Of a stretch of DNA of 64,000 nt, positions 12,400-25,358 are shown piece after piece. Source of the stretch: Dimorphilus gyrociliatus. Its lineage: Eukaryota > Animalia > Annelida. Position 1 is the stretch's first letter. Each line of letters begins with the position of its first letter. Where the stretch lies: NCBI GenBank assembly GCA_904063045.1, contig CAJFCJ010000002.1, positions 930,001-994,000 on the forward strand. The letters are read 5' to 3'. The translations under genes and the position numbers were made by a program. A model generated the notes under the pieces. It had not been told where the DNA came from. It did no database searches and was given only the letters and a program-made list of their open reading frames with translations.

Positions 12400-15300
12400 A
12401 TGGATAAGAAAAGAAGGAAAAAACGACATACACATGGATTGAAAACAGTGGAATTAATGAGGTTTGAATTGCTTTTGCATATACTCGAATTTTAATTTGT
12501 AAACATTGCAGAGGTCGTGCTGGATATGGCTTTACAATTTCTGGTCAACAGCCTTGTGTTTTAAGTTGTGTTGTTCCCTCGACTCCTGCTGATAGAGCTG
12601 GATTGAGAACAGGTGACTTTCTTCTTGCTGTGAATAATTTGAAAGTAGCGGATTACGAACATGACGACGTTGTAAGACTGATTGGATCATCCAGTGGTCT
12701 CCTTGTCTTGCAGATTGCAGAGAACTATAGTCTATCCGATTCTTCAGATGAAGAACTTACTAGAGATAAAAATTATCCTAAAGGAAAACTTAAGCCTCGC
12801 AATTTGACTAAACATGACAAAGAAAATCTTCTCATGAATGTCACTCATGAAGATTTTTTGTCGCATAATTCAAGCAGCTCTAAAGAAGATACTGTTAGAT
12901 ACAGACGTGTAATACACTCTTCAAGAGAGGGAAAGAAGCATACAATAATAACTAGACAAGATCGTCTAGCACCTCGAGCTTATCCAGAAAGTTTGGATGA
13001 TTTTAGTGACATAGCTGATGAAGCTTATCATTCAAAAGACGCGTCGAAATTTACCAATCAAATTCATGATTTGTCAGCTATTCTTTACCCATCTCTACAA
13101 GAAAATCACTACTCAGATGATGATAGAGAAGATAGTAATCCTCCTTTTTGTGAAGTTCTTGTTGGCTATATAGGTTCAATAGAAATGCCAGAAGATGCAA
13201 TGAACGTCGCTTCGTCCAGAATGCAATCCATCCGTAATGCCTTAAAACGCTTAAGATGCGAATCTAGAGTTCATACATTAGTTGTTATTCAAGTGGACTC
13301 TAACGGGGTTCGTCTCAAAAATGCAATGAGACAAGTAATGGTTACATATCCTGCCGAGAACATAGCTTATAGTGGTTCATGTCCCGATGATAAACGATTT
13401 TTCGGTATTGTTACTGTGACTCAATCAAACTTTGATGCGAGTTTACTTAATAATAGTTGCCATGCTTTTATGATTGATCCTGATATGCGATCTCATACTG
13501 CTCATATGCATAAGGCTAAAACGTTTGGCATAACTTGTGTTCCACATCCTCGAACTCAACGTTGTCTGCAATTTCCAAAAACAGCAACACCTATAATGAG
13601 AGAAATTTCTAAGCTTTATCGAAAGAGACAACAGAGAATTGCTGCAAGCGATAAAAAAGCTGAAAGTTTGGTCTCTGTAAAGTCCAAAGGATCTTATACT
13701 ACAGATTCTACAGAAAGCTCGGGTTTTACTTGCTCTCAGCAGTCAAATAGGTACTACAGATCTGTTGACTCGTCAGAGTCCGATGTTTATTTAGGAAATT
13801 GTAGAGTTGCCAGTACAGCATCAAGTTGCACTAGCACGGACTCTTCAGCATTCTGTTTCAATAATCGGGAAAACATAAAAAGTGGTCAAATAGAACTCGA
13901 CTCTCAAAATTCAGCGGAAAACCTTAGGCGACATGCACTGAAAATAATGCAAACTCGTGTCAAACAGACAGACACCATGACAGATACAGAGTCAGTGAAA
14001 TCTAACGAATCAAGAGCAAAATCCATTAATTCTTTCGGAAACCCTGATGGCGGAGCAGGAGAAACAACGCCCACTTTTTCTGCACCTCCTCTTCCACCAA
14101 AAAGTGCAAGGTCAGATTCAGAAACTCCAATGGCTCCAAAGCTTCCTCCCAAACCGCCATCCCTTGGTCAGCGCCCACCATTACCAGAAAGAAAGCCTTT
14201 TATTCCACCAAGAAGACCAATAACACCGCCCCCAATACTTCCCGATCGACCTCAATCAACACCACCTCGTTTTGTCGAAGAAATAGAATCAAAACTTACA
14301 AAGTTAGATCTTGTAAGTGGCAGAAATGAATATGAAGAAGGAAAGAAGAGAAAAGAAAATGATAGGCTGAATAGATCTGGTTCTTTCAAAATTCCAATGC
14401 TGAGCAGAAAAAAGTTATCTTTAAGTAACTCCCATGAGGTTTGTAATAATTCTTTGCTTACTTTTTCTATGTATAGTTTTTTTCAGTCTTTAATGTTTGC
14501 TGATCAAGAAGTTCAAACTTCTCAGCCCGTAGGTGAAGGAGAACCTAAAGACAGGTTTGAAAGCCGATTCAGTGATGGAATAAGTAATATGAAAGAAGAA
14601 TTGGGCAGGGTAGCCAGTTGGGCTATCGGCTTTGATCGACTACTAGCAGATGAAGCTGGGATGATGATGTTTTCGGTAAGATTTGTATAAATTGCACTTA
14701 ATTTCAAAGCTAATTATTGTAATTCATAGAAATTCTTGGAGAAGGAATATAGCGACGAGAATATTATATTTTGGAAAAAGTGCGAAGAGTTTAGAACAAA
14801 TGATAAAAAAGTTGATGTGAGACATACTTATATTCAATAATAAAAACAAACTAAATATGCCCTACAATTAGCTAAAACAAGAAGCTCAAGAGATTTTCGA
14901 CAAGCATCTGTCAAGTACAGCTTCTCTGCCTATAAACGTGGATTCTTTTGCGAGACAAGTTGTTGAAGAGAAGCTGGCAGGTGATGAAACACCACTAGAC
15001 GTCTTCAATATTCCTCAAAAGCAAATATACTCTCTCATGAAACAAGACAGTTACCCAAGGTTTATTAAATCAGAGATGTATAGACGGTGCGTTGTTGCAG
15101 ACATGCAAAACAAACCTCTTCCATTATCTGGTCCAGCTCCACCCACTCCAACATGCTCTGACAAGCATTCAAAGGTATTTTCTTTCCCTAAAATGAATTT
15201 GAATATATGCTTTAAACATCAAATAGATAACAAAAAAGACCAAATCAGCGAATGGATCCTACGGAAGTGTTAAAACCGATGATCAAGAAAGTAAGCGACG

Positions 15301-17355
15301 AAGATCTTTACTTCCATGGACTAAATGTAAGATGAAGATAGTTTTTCTTTTCATTTCTAATTTCTGCTTTTACAGCCAAAAGCGAAAAGAAATTAAACAA
15401 AGACATCGGAAAGAATAAAAAAACTCTATCCGAAAGTGACTCCAAATCGAATTTGTCTATTTTAAGCAAGCAACCATCCAAAGATCATCTACCCCCTCCA
15501 AGCCCTCGTCTTTCAAAAGGCCCTGATGTTCAGAAATATTGTAGGATCATTTTACCTGATCGGTCGACAACTGTGCTTGACTCCCATAGTGATCAGTCTC
15601 TTTATAAAGCTGTATGTTATGTTTGCGATCGCAGAAAAACTGAGATGTCTGCTTTCGAAGCCTATGAACTTGGATCAGACAAGGTTTTCACACAAAAAAA
15701 CCTCATAACCTAAAAATTTAACGAATATTACTTTTCAGCCAATAGATCTTCACAGAGACTTAAGTGATTTCACGGCCAAAGAAATTCGCATAGAAGAGAG
15801 AGTAACTTTCACAGTTTGCTTAAATACTGGAAAAGTATTCGGAATGAGAGGACGACCTGAAAAATCAATTAAAGATACCTTACGTCCAGTTCTTCTAAAA
15901 TCCGGATTAAAATTAGACGGATTAGTTATCAATATAGTATGTAATTTTAATATTCCCGAAACTCTTAAATCATTAAATCATTTTGTGCATAGGTAAACAA
16001 TGATAGTCTGATAAACCACGAGAAATCTCTATCCGTACTGAACAGGCAGAAAATAATAATTCAGACTATGAATGATTTTGCAGGTTAGTAAACACCAATT
16101 AAATTTAAATTTTATTGCAAACCTATTGTCCGATATCATTAATATTTATTATTAACTTAATAGAATGGGGCGGCGAGTTTCACTACTTTAAAGCCACATC
16201 TAATGGAAAAATATCCGCCACTGCCATGCAGTTAGAGGCAAACAGGATTGACTTTGAACTTCAGCAATTAAAGGAAGGAAAGAGCAACACAATACCAATA
16301 TTCGACGATCAAGGTGTTCTACTGTCGGAAAAAAAAGTTATTATCTATTTTACTTGAAGTTCGTGTACTAATTCAGAAATTTTTAGGATTCTGTAAAGCG
16401 TGAAGGTAGACCTAGCGGTGGAGGTTTTTTCGGATTTTTTCGAAGGACATCCCTCGAAAATGGGGAAGCCGTCAAGGAATCGAAAAAAAAAACTCGTCAT
16501 AGTTCTCAAAAGTTTTCAAGTATAAAAAATGCAATCACAGGAAAAGACAAGACTGAAAATAGGAAATCTAGGGAGAGCTTGCAAGCCATTGACAATAAAT
16601 CAGGCTCACTACAAAATATTCAAAGTAATCCAAAGCTGGGTAAGTTTGATTTATAACATTAATATTATTTTTTGTTAATCCTTCTCGTTTCAGCCGGAAA
16701 TCTCTTTGAAATGATTGAGAATATTCAAGGAAAGAAAATAGAGGATCAATGTGGACCATTGCTTCAAATGGACCTTCCCGATTTCTTGAGAAAAACTCAA
16801 TCACCTATTAGACGAACAGAATCTGATACTTCCATTGCTATAAAATCTAGTATTGTTAGCCCCTCACCATCTTGTCAAAGCATACCTAATAATGATTGCA
16901 GCTTTACATCAGTTGTCGTTCCCACTCCAAACACTGCCCAAACTTACTTTTCTGGTGGTCATTCTTGCCCTGAGTCTCCAGAACTAAATGAATCATTGAT
17001 TTTTGAAAAAAAGACAAAAATTGTTAAAGCGAAACCAAGACTTCCTCCCAGATCAGGCATTTCAAAACCATATGATAAAATCAACGGGGACACAAAAGGC
17101 GACAACGAAATTGGGGAACTAAATTTGTCAGAATTAGAAGTAACATTGATGGATGAAGATGTTCCCTTGAAAGATTCTACTATGACAATGATAGAATTAG
17201 ATGATCGTGACCTCAGTTCGCCACCTCCCTCTCCAACGACTCATGGTTTAATCTTATGTGACTGTAATAGCGACGAATCACCACCACCCTGCGAAATAAC
17301 AACCCATATGCTAGGAGCTTCGTCTGAATTTACAGATTCTCTCTGTATAATTTAA
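12400..17355 (+). CDS. RGS12: Regulator of G-protein signalling 12/loco (PDZ-PTB-RGS-RBD-RBD-GoLoco)
   Basis: ATG 12400, intron 12462-12511. PDZ RGRAGYGFTISGQQPCVLSCV...GLRTGDFLLAVN; PTB VGYIGSIEMP...YPAENIAYSGSCPDDKRFFGIVT; RGS VASWAIGFDRLL...EKEYSDENIIFW...PINVD...LMKQDSYPRFIKS; RBD KYCRIILPDRSTTV; GoLoco-like LFEMIENIQGKKIEDQCG...LPDFL; stop 17355. Confidence 0.95.
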
Positions 17356-17988
17356 AAACAGTTTTAATATATTGTTAAATCTAATTTTTGAGTAGAAATA
17401 CAATTATTTCATACAAATCTCCTGAAGTTGTGATTTTGCTAAAGAAAACAGTTAATAATATTTTTGGATTGCCATTGCAACCGCTGTGTTATAATAGTCC
17501 TTTAAGTCTACCCATTATAATTCTATTTATTGATAATCTATTTCTATAAAAATTCAGGTATTAATCTATGGAGAACTGAATATTCTTATGTAAACACAGA
17601 ATAAATGGTGTATTTTTCACATTATATTGACTTACAGGATATAATATTTTATTGAAAAATACATTATAAGGGGAAATAATGAAATATGCAAAATTTCCAT
17701 GAAGTTCTAGGTAAAAGTATTACTAATATATATAAGAAATATTGTTTGGATAGTGTATGACTTATTTTATTTTAGGGAAAATTAATTTTATAAGACGCTC
17801 AATTAAAATCTCTGTTGATCGATATTTGCAAAAAAAAATGGCTATTGTAAAGATGTCACCTTTGTCATGGAAATGATTCAACTAAACAATTAGTATGTTA
17901 TTTTTAAAAAAATTTCTTTATTGTACCACGCACCAGGCTATTTTAGAATATCAGCATTTCCTGTGTTTATTTGAATAGTAAAACAAAA

Positions 17989-20156
17989 ATGGCGCAAAAT
18001 GATGAAGATCTCTTACACAAATGTGTTTTTTCAAATGACATAAAAAGTCTAAAAGAGTCTGTAAAATCTTTTGCTGTTGAAAAAAAAGATAAACATGGTA
18101 TTTTTATATTAACATATTTAATTCACCTGACATGATCGTTTTTTCTAGGAAACACAGCTTTACATCTTGCTGCTATGTTGGGTCATAGCGACTGCATCGA
18201 TATACTATTGGCTAATAATGCCCAAGTAAAAGTAAAAAACTTACAGGGCTGGACTCCACTGGCCGAGGCTGTTAGCTATGGGAGTAGAAGAAATGGTGAA
18301 TTTTTTATTAGAGTGCTTCAAAGGATAGTAAAGAGTTTATGAGAATTTGAAGCTTAACGCTCAAATAACAACAATGTGTCAAATCTATATTTATGCTTTC
18401 AAATGAAAGCAATGTAATTCCTACTCTTAGTTTAATTCTATATTATTCGCTAACAATTTTTTTTAACTGAACATCTTGTTTCAGTAACTGTTTTGTATAA
18501 AGCATTAAAAGAACAATCGCGAAAAAATTTAAATGAGAGAAGACCTGTACTAGTAAAAGCATTGGAAAATTTATCAAACTTCTACTTAGAGGTCAAGTGG
18601 GATTTTCACAGTTGGGGTTAATTACCAAATTTATCATAGTTTTCAACTCTTAACACACATTCGTTTTGCAGTTCCTTTTGTTTCGCGTATATTACCTTCG
18701 GATGTCTGTAGAATTTATAAGAAAGGGTGTTGCATACGGTAAAATTTATTGTAAAAATGTAACTATCATCTCCAACTTTTAAGTTCTATAGATTAGATAC
18801 AACTTTGGTTGATTTTAATGATATGAAATGGGAAAGAGGAGATATCTCTTTTGTTTTCAATGGAAATATTAAAGGCAGCAAAAATTTTACCATATTAGAT
18901 AATAAATTAAAAGTGTATCAAAAATTTAAACATGAGGTAAGTTAACTGAGCAGATAGAAAAAGACTATAAATTTGTTGTACCAACTTCCCTTTCGTTCTT
19001 GAAAAGTCTAAGTATTGTTTAGTCATTAAAACACTTGATTGTAAAAATAATCAGTTACTTTCTGTTGCACGCTCAATATTATTAAAAAGTTATGAATATA
19101 TCTTATTAAAATAGCTTTCCTTTCATAGGAAACTGAAGATGAAACTCAGGACGATATTGATATTTTAATGTCTAGCGACATAATTTCGGCTCAAATACCC
19201 ACGAAAAATATCACGTTTTCTCGGCTTCAAAGTGGCTGGTTTGTAAAGCAAGGAAGAACAGTATGTTATATACATGAAAGAAACTTGTTCTTTAAATAAC
19301 TTCAATTATTTTCATAGCAATTAGTTGGACAATTTCCTGCAGATTTTTATTCCGTTCAAGGGTTGACATTGGAGCAAAAAAAGAGGTTTCTTAATTTATC
19401 ACATACTTTTTACTTTTCTTACAAAAAAACATTATCTATAGACGCGAACATCTCTCTCCTGAAGACTTGCAGAAAAATAAGGCGATTTTGGAAAGTTTGA
19501 GTAAAGGAAACGTTATCGAAAATCACGAGGTTTAATTATAACTTTGGCTTTTCTCTAATTGACAGACATCTAATTTTAGATACAACGAAGGCCCTCCCTA
19601 CCAACTCCAAAGAAGGCAAATATAAGTTGGGAGGACTATATTAGAGATGGAAACCCACCTTGTTTAGGTAGACCTATTATTTGTAAAGACACAAAGAAAA
19701 CATTCAAGGCCACTCTGGCAATGGTAATGTTTAAGATACATTGAAGCTAATCTAACTGTCTCTAAACTTTTTTAATAGAGTGAAGAATTTCCAATGACCG
19801 TTGAACAGTTTGTAGAAATTAAGTAAACTAACATATGATAAAGTATGATCAATAAATTCCTTAACAGAGTTCTCGACGTATTAGAAATTGTTGCACCTTT
19901 AAAACAGTATAAGAAACTGAGAGAATTTATGGATACCAAATTGCCTCCAGGTTTTCCTGTAAAGATTGGTATTATCTATTTTATCAACAATGAACAAAAT
20001 CATTTAAAATTATCGTTTTTAGAAATTCCAGTCTTTCCGACGGTGACTGCCAAAGTAACATTCCAACAATTTAAATGGGACGATTCACTCGCAGAAGATC
20101 TCTTTATTATACCCAACGAATATAGGGAAGATCCAAACAGATTTCCTGAACTATAA
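17989..20156 (+). CDS. ANKRD13C: Ankyrin repeat domain-containing protein 13C
   Basis: Multi-exon; KKDKHG|NTALHLAAMLGH, KNLQGWTPLAEAVSYG, EVKWDFHSW|VPFVSRILPSD, RLDTTLVDFNDMKWERGD, KLPPGFPVKI|EIPVFPTVTAKVTF; ends EDPNRFPEL* without UIMs, as in the 13C subtype. Confidence 0.92.
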
Positions 20157-20542
20157 ATTGTACAAAGGACTTGCATGCACCGTCCATTATATTTTATTTC
20201 ATCTTTTAATTGTCAGTTTATGCACTAAAAATTTAAAAAATTGGTTTTTATAACTTTATCAGCAACAATTGTTTTATTTGTATGAATATAAATAAAAAAT
20301 TATAATTACGAGACTGCATATTCATACGAACATATGCATAATTCAAAACATATTTGTTCAATAAGCTAATATTTTAAACCACACGCTGCATAGCCAGAAC
20401 CATTAGGAAATTTCTTGCATTCGTTGAATTATACAAATATCTAAATTACGTCTCATATCTTTACATTTTCCTAATTTCCCAGCGAGACAAAACAGTTCAT
20501 TTTTTTAGAAGTGACTGATCGTTTTTTTTAAAAACTATTGAT

Positions 20543-23500
20543 TTAGCAAAGAGAAGAACAATTTGTATTGGGTGTTGTTCGTCGTAACCAATCCTGCACA
20601 TTTTTCGCCTTGTCGTCATCCACATGCTGCTCATTAGATTCCTCAGATGGAGTCTTTGCATTACGTGGCTTTTCATCTTCAGTATCAGCTATGTGGCCTT
20701 CATCGATGTCATCAAGAGCCTCTCTATCAGCGGAAGGCTTAACTTCACTAGATTCTGCTTGAACATCTGCAGGTGTCTGCTGTGTTGTCGTTTGATGGAG
20801 AGACGAATATTGATCGGAAACTGAGATGTTGGACATAAATGATATGGTGCTACAAGCTGAAGGGGTTCTTGAGTGGCCCAAGTGTGAGTAGGCAATCGGG
20901 AAAGGTCTGCAGGCTGAGTCACCTCCGTTTGTTTCAACAGTATGTCGGGAGTTTATGTGCTGTTGGATCTCTTCTTCGAAGGATTTTACCATTACCTCAT
21001 ATTGTGATCTGGCTTGTTGAGTTAACGCCATTAATTGTTTAAATTTTTCATCACAACCTTCATGATTGAATATTCCTACTACAGAAACAGGAACGAGTTT
21101 AGAACAGGCTCGGCCTAATGCCCGTCTACCTAAGGCAAAGACGATGGGTAAGTTCTGCTCTCGGCACAATTTTATTATTGAATTCAAAGCATCGTCTAAT
21201 CCTCCTGTAATATAGGCAATTACTAAAATGAAAAAAAATATCTTTCAACGAACCTTTGCTTTGAATCCTTTCTAGATTCGGAGAAATAACAACGCATCGA
21301 ATTTTTCCAAGTTTTAAATGTTTTGTCACTTCTCGCAGACCTAGTACAATACGACGTTTATTCTTTGCTTTTGTAGGATCTTTTTGATATTGTCTATCTT
21401 GAAATCTAACTAAATCTCTCAATAGATCTGTTACACATTCGTCTATACTTGAATCAAGCACATGGGTGCAGTATTCACGGAAACGACGTGAATGAATTTT
21501 TTGAAATACGGCTGCAGAAACATGACTTGAGTTACTTGCTGGAGTGGGGGAAGAAGAAAGTGGAGACATGGGAAGCGGGCTTGTTTGGCTTACTGGAGAG
21601 TCACCAGCACTAATCGGAGTTGGTAAATTCTCCGTAAAATCAACACTTGATGATCCCTTCGATTCTGAATTAGCTGTGCTATCTAATTCAACTTCGTGAA
21701 GAGCAATATCAGGCATTTCTCGGGAACGTTTCTTTTCCTCTCTTTCCTTAAGAATAACTTTCTTTAGAGCTGAAGGCTTTTTTGGTCGAGGATTTTCCCT
21801 CTCTTTACCCCGTTTTATTGTGGGAGCACTAGAATCAAGTGGATTTATTGCCAAAGATTTACTTGTGTTTGAACACTTGGTAGATTTACTTCGTTGTTGA
21901 ACGCCAGAAACTTCAACAGTCGGTTGAAAAATATCTGCCAACATTAACGGTTGCTGTGATTTCTTTGAACTGTTGTTTGTTGTGGCATTAGCTGTAGTTG
22001 ATGTTTGTTGCCCGTTATCACTAGTCTCACTCCTGTTGTTCTTCTGTTGTTTTTGTTGGGTTTGTTGTTTCAAAACTTCAGTCTCTACCAATATTTCGGC
22101 GTATTCCTCCTCCGCTGCTTTATTAGCGATCATTTGTCTTCGTAGCCTTTTCTGCATTTGTCTAGATTCCTTAAGATTATTTGCATTTTCTGAATTTGGT
22201 GGCACGTTTGTGCTTCCTTGTTTTAAGACCTCACTGTAGCTGAGTACAGCAGAAGAATCATTACACGTCGATTCTTCTTTCTTTTTTAACCTCTTAGGCT
22301 TTTTGCCTATTGGTGTACATGTTACAGAATTTTCACTCGGACCATAGCGTCTATGCTGTGGAGATGAGTATCCAGAATCAGAATCTTCCTCTTCTTCTAG
22401 TTCTTCCTCGTTTTCTACCACGTCGTCCTCATCGGTTGTATAACCTTCACCTTCTGATGCTATCCAATCTCCTCGAAAATACAGAGAATGGGGCTTTTCT
22501 GCTAATTGCATATTTGCTATTTCATCTGCAAAATCTGTCTGATTCGCTGCATCGGCAAGAACTATTGTTCTTGTTTTCTTAGGTTTTACGATAATACCTA
22601 CAGGATTCACCCCCCTAGAAAAGCCAGATTCGTTTTGAACACCAATGCTGACGAGATTAACATCACGATTTGACTTTTTTTGTTTCTGCATAATAAATAG
22701 AAAATAAATAAATTTAAGTACATAGTTAGAAAATACTGTAGAAAAATCGTCGCAAAAATATCAATAAGCCTATAACAAAAAGGTTAAAGATAGAATGAAT
22801 GTTTACAGAATGTTTTGGTTACTCATCTAAGCAGCGAGCGCTGTTGTAGCTACGGTCAAAACATAGATCTTTTGCTTACAGACGACTAAAAAATTAGGTC
22901 ATAAACAGAGAGAAATTCCTCTCATAATAATCTAATCAGTTTAAAAATTTTATAAGGCGTGGTCAGATCAAGAGGATTTTTAGCAACCTTAAAAAAAGCA
23001 CGGTCACTGATCGATAACGCGATAACGAAAAAATAAAATTACATTAAAAACTATTTTTACCTTATTGTTATTATTATTATTACTATTATTATTTGAAGTA
23101 GCAGGAGTTATATTCCGACTAGAAAAGGGCGCCGGCATGTAGGGTTGGAAAGGAGATTGAAGTGGAGGCGCCTGAGAATAATAGGTATGAGGTGAAGGCC
23201 TAATAAACGACTGTGAAGTAACCCATGCTGGAATCACCAAGGGATGTCGTATCGGAGGAGTTGAGTGCATATTATGATGTAGACCTCTGGTCGCCGGTCG
23301 GTTCATCATCGAACCTACAACATGTGTTACATATAATCGGCCTGTTTTCGAACAGTTGTTCATCATAATCTATCGACATTTTTCCGGTAGACATATACAC
23401 AGCAAAGCTGCTGCCGAAATATATTTACCGTAGGCCTCTTAACACGCTAAAAAATCTTATATCTTGCTTTTTTATTTTATAACGCACCTAATTGTTGATT

Positions 23501-23863
23501 AAACGGCATTGACACATGGTTATGCCTTTGTCCTGCAGACCAATTCGTTGAAGGGTCTGGGACAAACGGGTAGCAAGAAGTGACGTATCCAGGCAACTTG
23601 TTTAGATCCGAAGTTGATTGATTCACTGATGGTACAAAAGCTTCGGCTTCAGCCGATAGGACTGATGGTATCTGTTTGAACAATTCAGTTCAGTTTTCAA
23701 GCTAGTTCAAATCTCTTAAAACTAAAATAGATATCCGATACGTTTCAGTCGGCGCATGTTGGCAACCGAAGACCAAACATGGCCGAATAAGTATAACATC
23801 GAATAGACAAAGTCAATATCTCCTCTCCAATACCTTATTCGATCCACTATTAAATTCTGCCAT
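20543..23863 (-). CDS. SECISBP2L: SECIS-binding protein 2-like (SBP2L-type selenocysteine insertion factor)
   Basis: ATG 23863 short exon, then LSAEAEAFVP...LPGYVTSCYPFV; IVLADAANQTDFADEIAN; DSDSGYSSP; SID KKPSALKKVILKERE; L7Ae domain KRRIVLGLREVTKHLKLGKIRCVVISPNLERIQSKG|GLDDAL...FALGRRALGRAC. Exon structure around 23000-23480 uncertain. Confidence 0.93.
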
Positions 23864-25358
23864 GTTTATCCTTTTCTGATCATATCCACCATATTTCTTT
23901 CGCGTTGTTTCGCCTTCAGTCCTCTTGTCTTACCAGTTGCTGTACGCGCATGTGTTGCAAACAGGCGGCAGCACTAGCGTAAAGCAAAAAAAATGGCGCT
24001 ATCATTAATATAAATGATCATTTTGAAATTAGCGCCACCTGAGGAACCAGTTTTCAAACATAAATCACGTGACATTTTAAAGCTATCCCACAATGCTTAG
24101 ATATCTCCAAAAGAAGTGGCGCCGCCTTCAAAATTAAGGTAGAAGATCCAAAATATAATTTTTCGATGATCTTTCATTTATTATTTCAGATCAAATACGA
24201 GATCAGCATAGTTTACATTTAATACTTTATGTAAATGTAAAAAGTATTCGGTAAATATAAGGTTTTTGTGTCTTTTTTTGCACGTGCATTCATAATGTAT
24301 GAGCTGCCTTTGTCCTAAAAGAGACTGTTCATTGTGAGGTTGGTGCTAGCTGCAAAATGAAAAGAAAAACGTTCTGCAGGTACACATCAGCCCCATTGAG
24401 TCCAGTTCATAAACATCTGACGAAACACAGATGGAGATCTTAAAAAAAAAATGATTATCAGACACTGGACAGGTTCTCGTGCATACATTTATATTATTTT
24501 GTCTGCATGATAGAATCTGCTCCTCTGCCTTTTAAGCAAATCTTCAAAATATCATTCGGTGAATGAATTACATCCTAAAAATACATTTATGAAAAGTATT
24601 TAAAGGCTTAAATAAGATACAGCTATCGATTGGTCATATAGAAGAAGTATGCATGTCACAACTCAACAGGTGAAGAAACGAATGGCTTGGTAAGACTTGT
24701 CATTTTTCCTTAAGTTAAACAAATGATAAGAAATAAATTAGGTATTAGATATGAATGAATAGAACTAAAGAACTAATCTCATTAGTATATTTAATTGAGC
24801 ATTCTCTGAATCATATAAGACAATGGAATTACTCATTTGTCCAAGTTTCATGAATTAAACTAATGGAAATGGTAGGCAATATATACTAATGTATATATAT
24901 ATACATATGTATTAACGAAATGTATTAATTTTATCAATTATTCAATAATTACTTGTAATCATTTTGGAAACAAAGGATTCTCGTATGCAATGGAAGAAAG
25001 AAATGCTTTGAGAATAGAAAATTACCTTAGCTTATGTAATTTCTTCACAAGCATTAGTTACGTATAATCCATTATTGATTTCATCAATATGGCAATGTAC
25101 CTGTCCTTTAACAGTGATTTCTCATGGCAAAATATAACTTCTCTTTAAGTTCTAATCATTTAAAATAGTAAATATAGTAGTTACACATAGGCACAGCTGA
25201 CCGAAAAATCAATTTTTCACAGATGCTTAGTATATTTTATTTCAACATGTTTCATCAATAAAGATTAAACTTTGAATGAAAAAAGTATCAATATATTGAC
25301 AATATTTATTAGAAATCTATTAAAAAAGAGTTATCCTACACAATTAGTAAAACTTTCA

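Noticed and set aside
13443-22582. Antisense ORFs overlapping RGS12 and SECISBP2L exons
   Set aside because: Shadow ORFs of real coding sequence on the opposite strand or frame.
24395-24440. Possible selenoprotein exon WTQWG-UGA-C next to SECISBP2L
   Set aside because: Matches no selenoprotein family I know, no coherent ORF, and no SECIS identified.
24745-24815. Possible C/D snoRNA (ATGAATGA...CTGA with short terminal stem)
   Set aside because: Imperfect C box, no identifiable rRNA guide, and AT-rich background makes a chance match likely.
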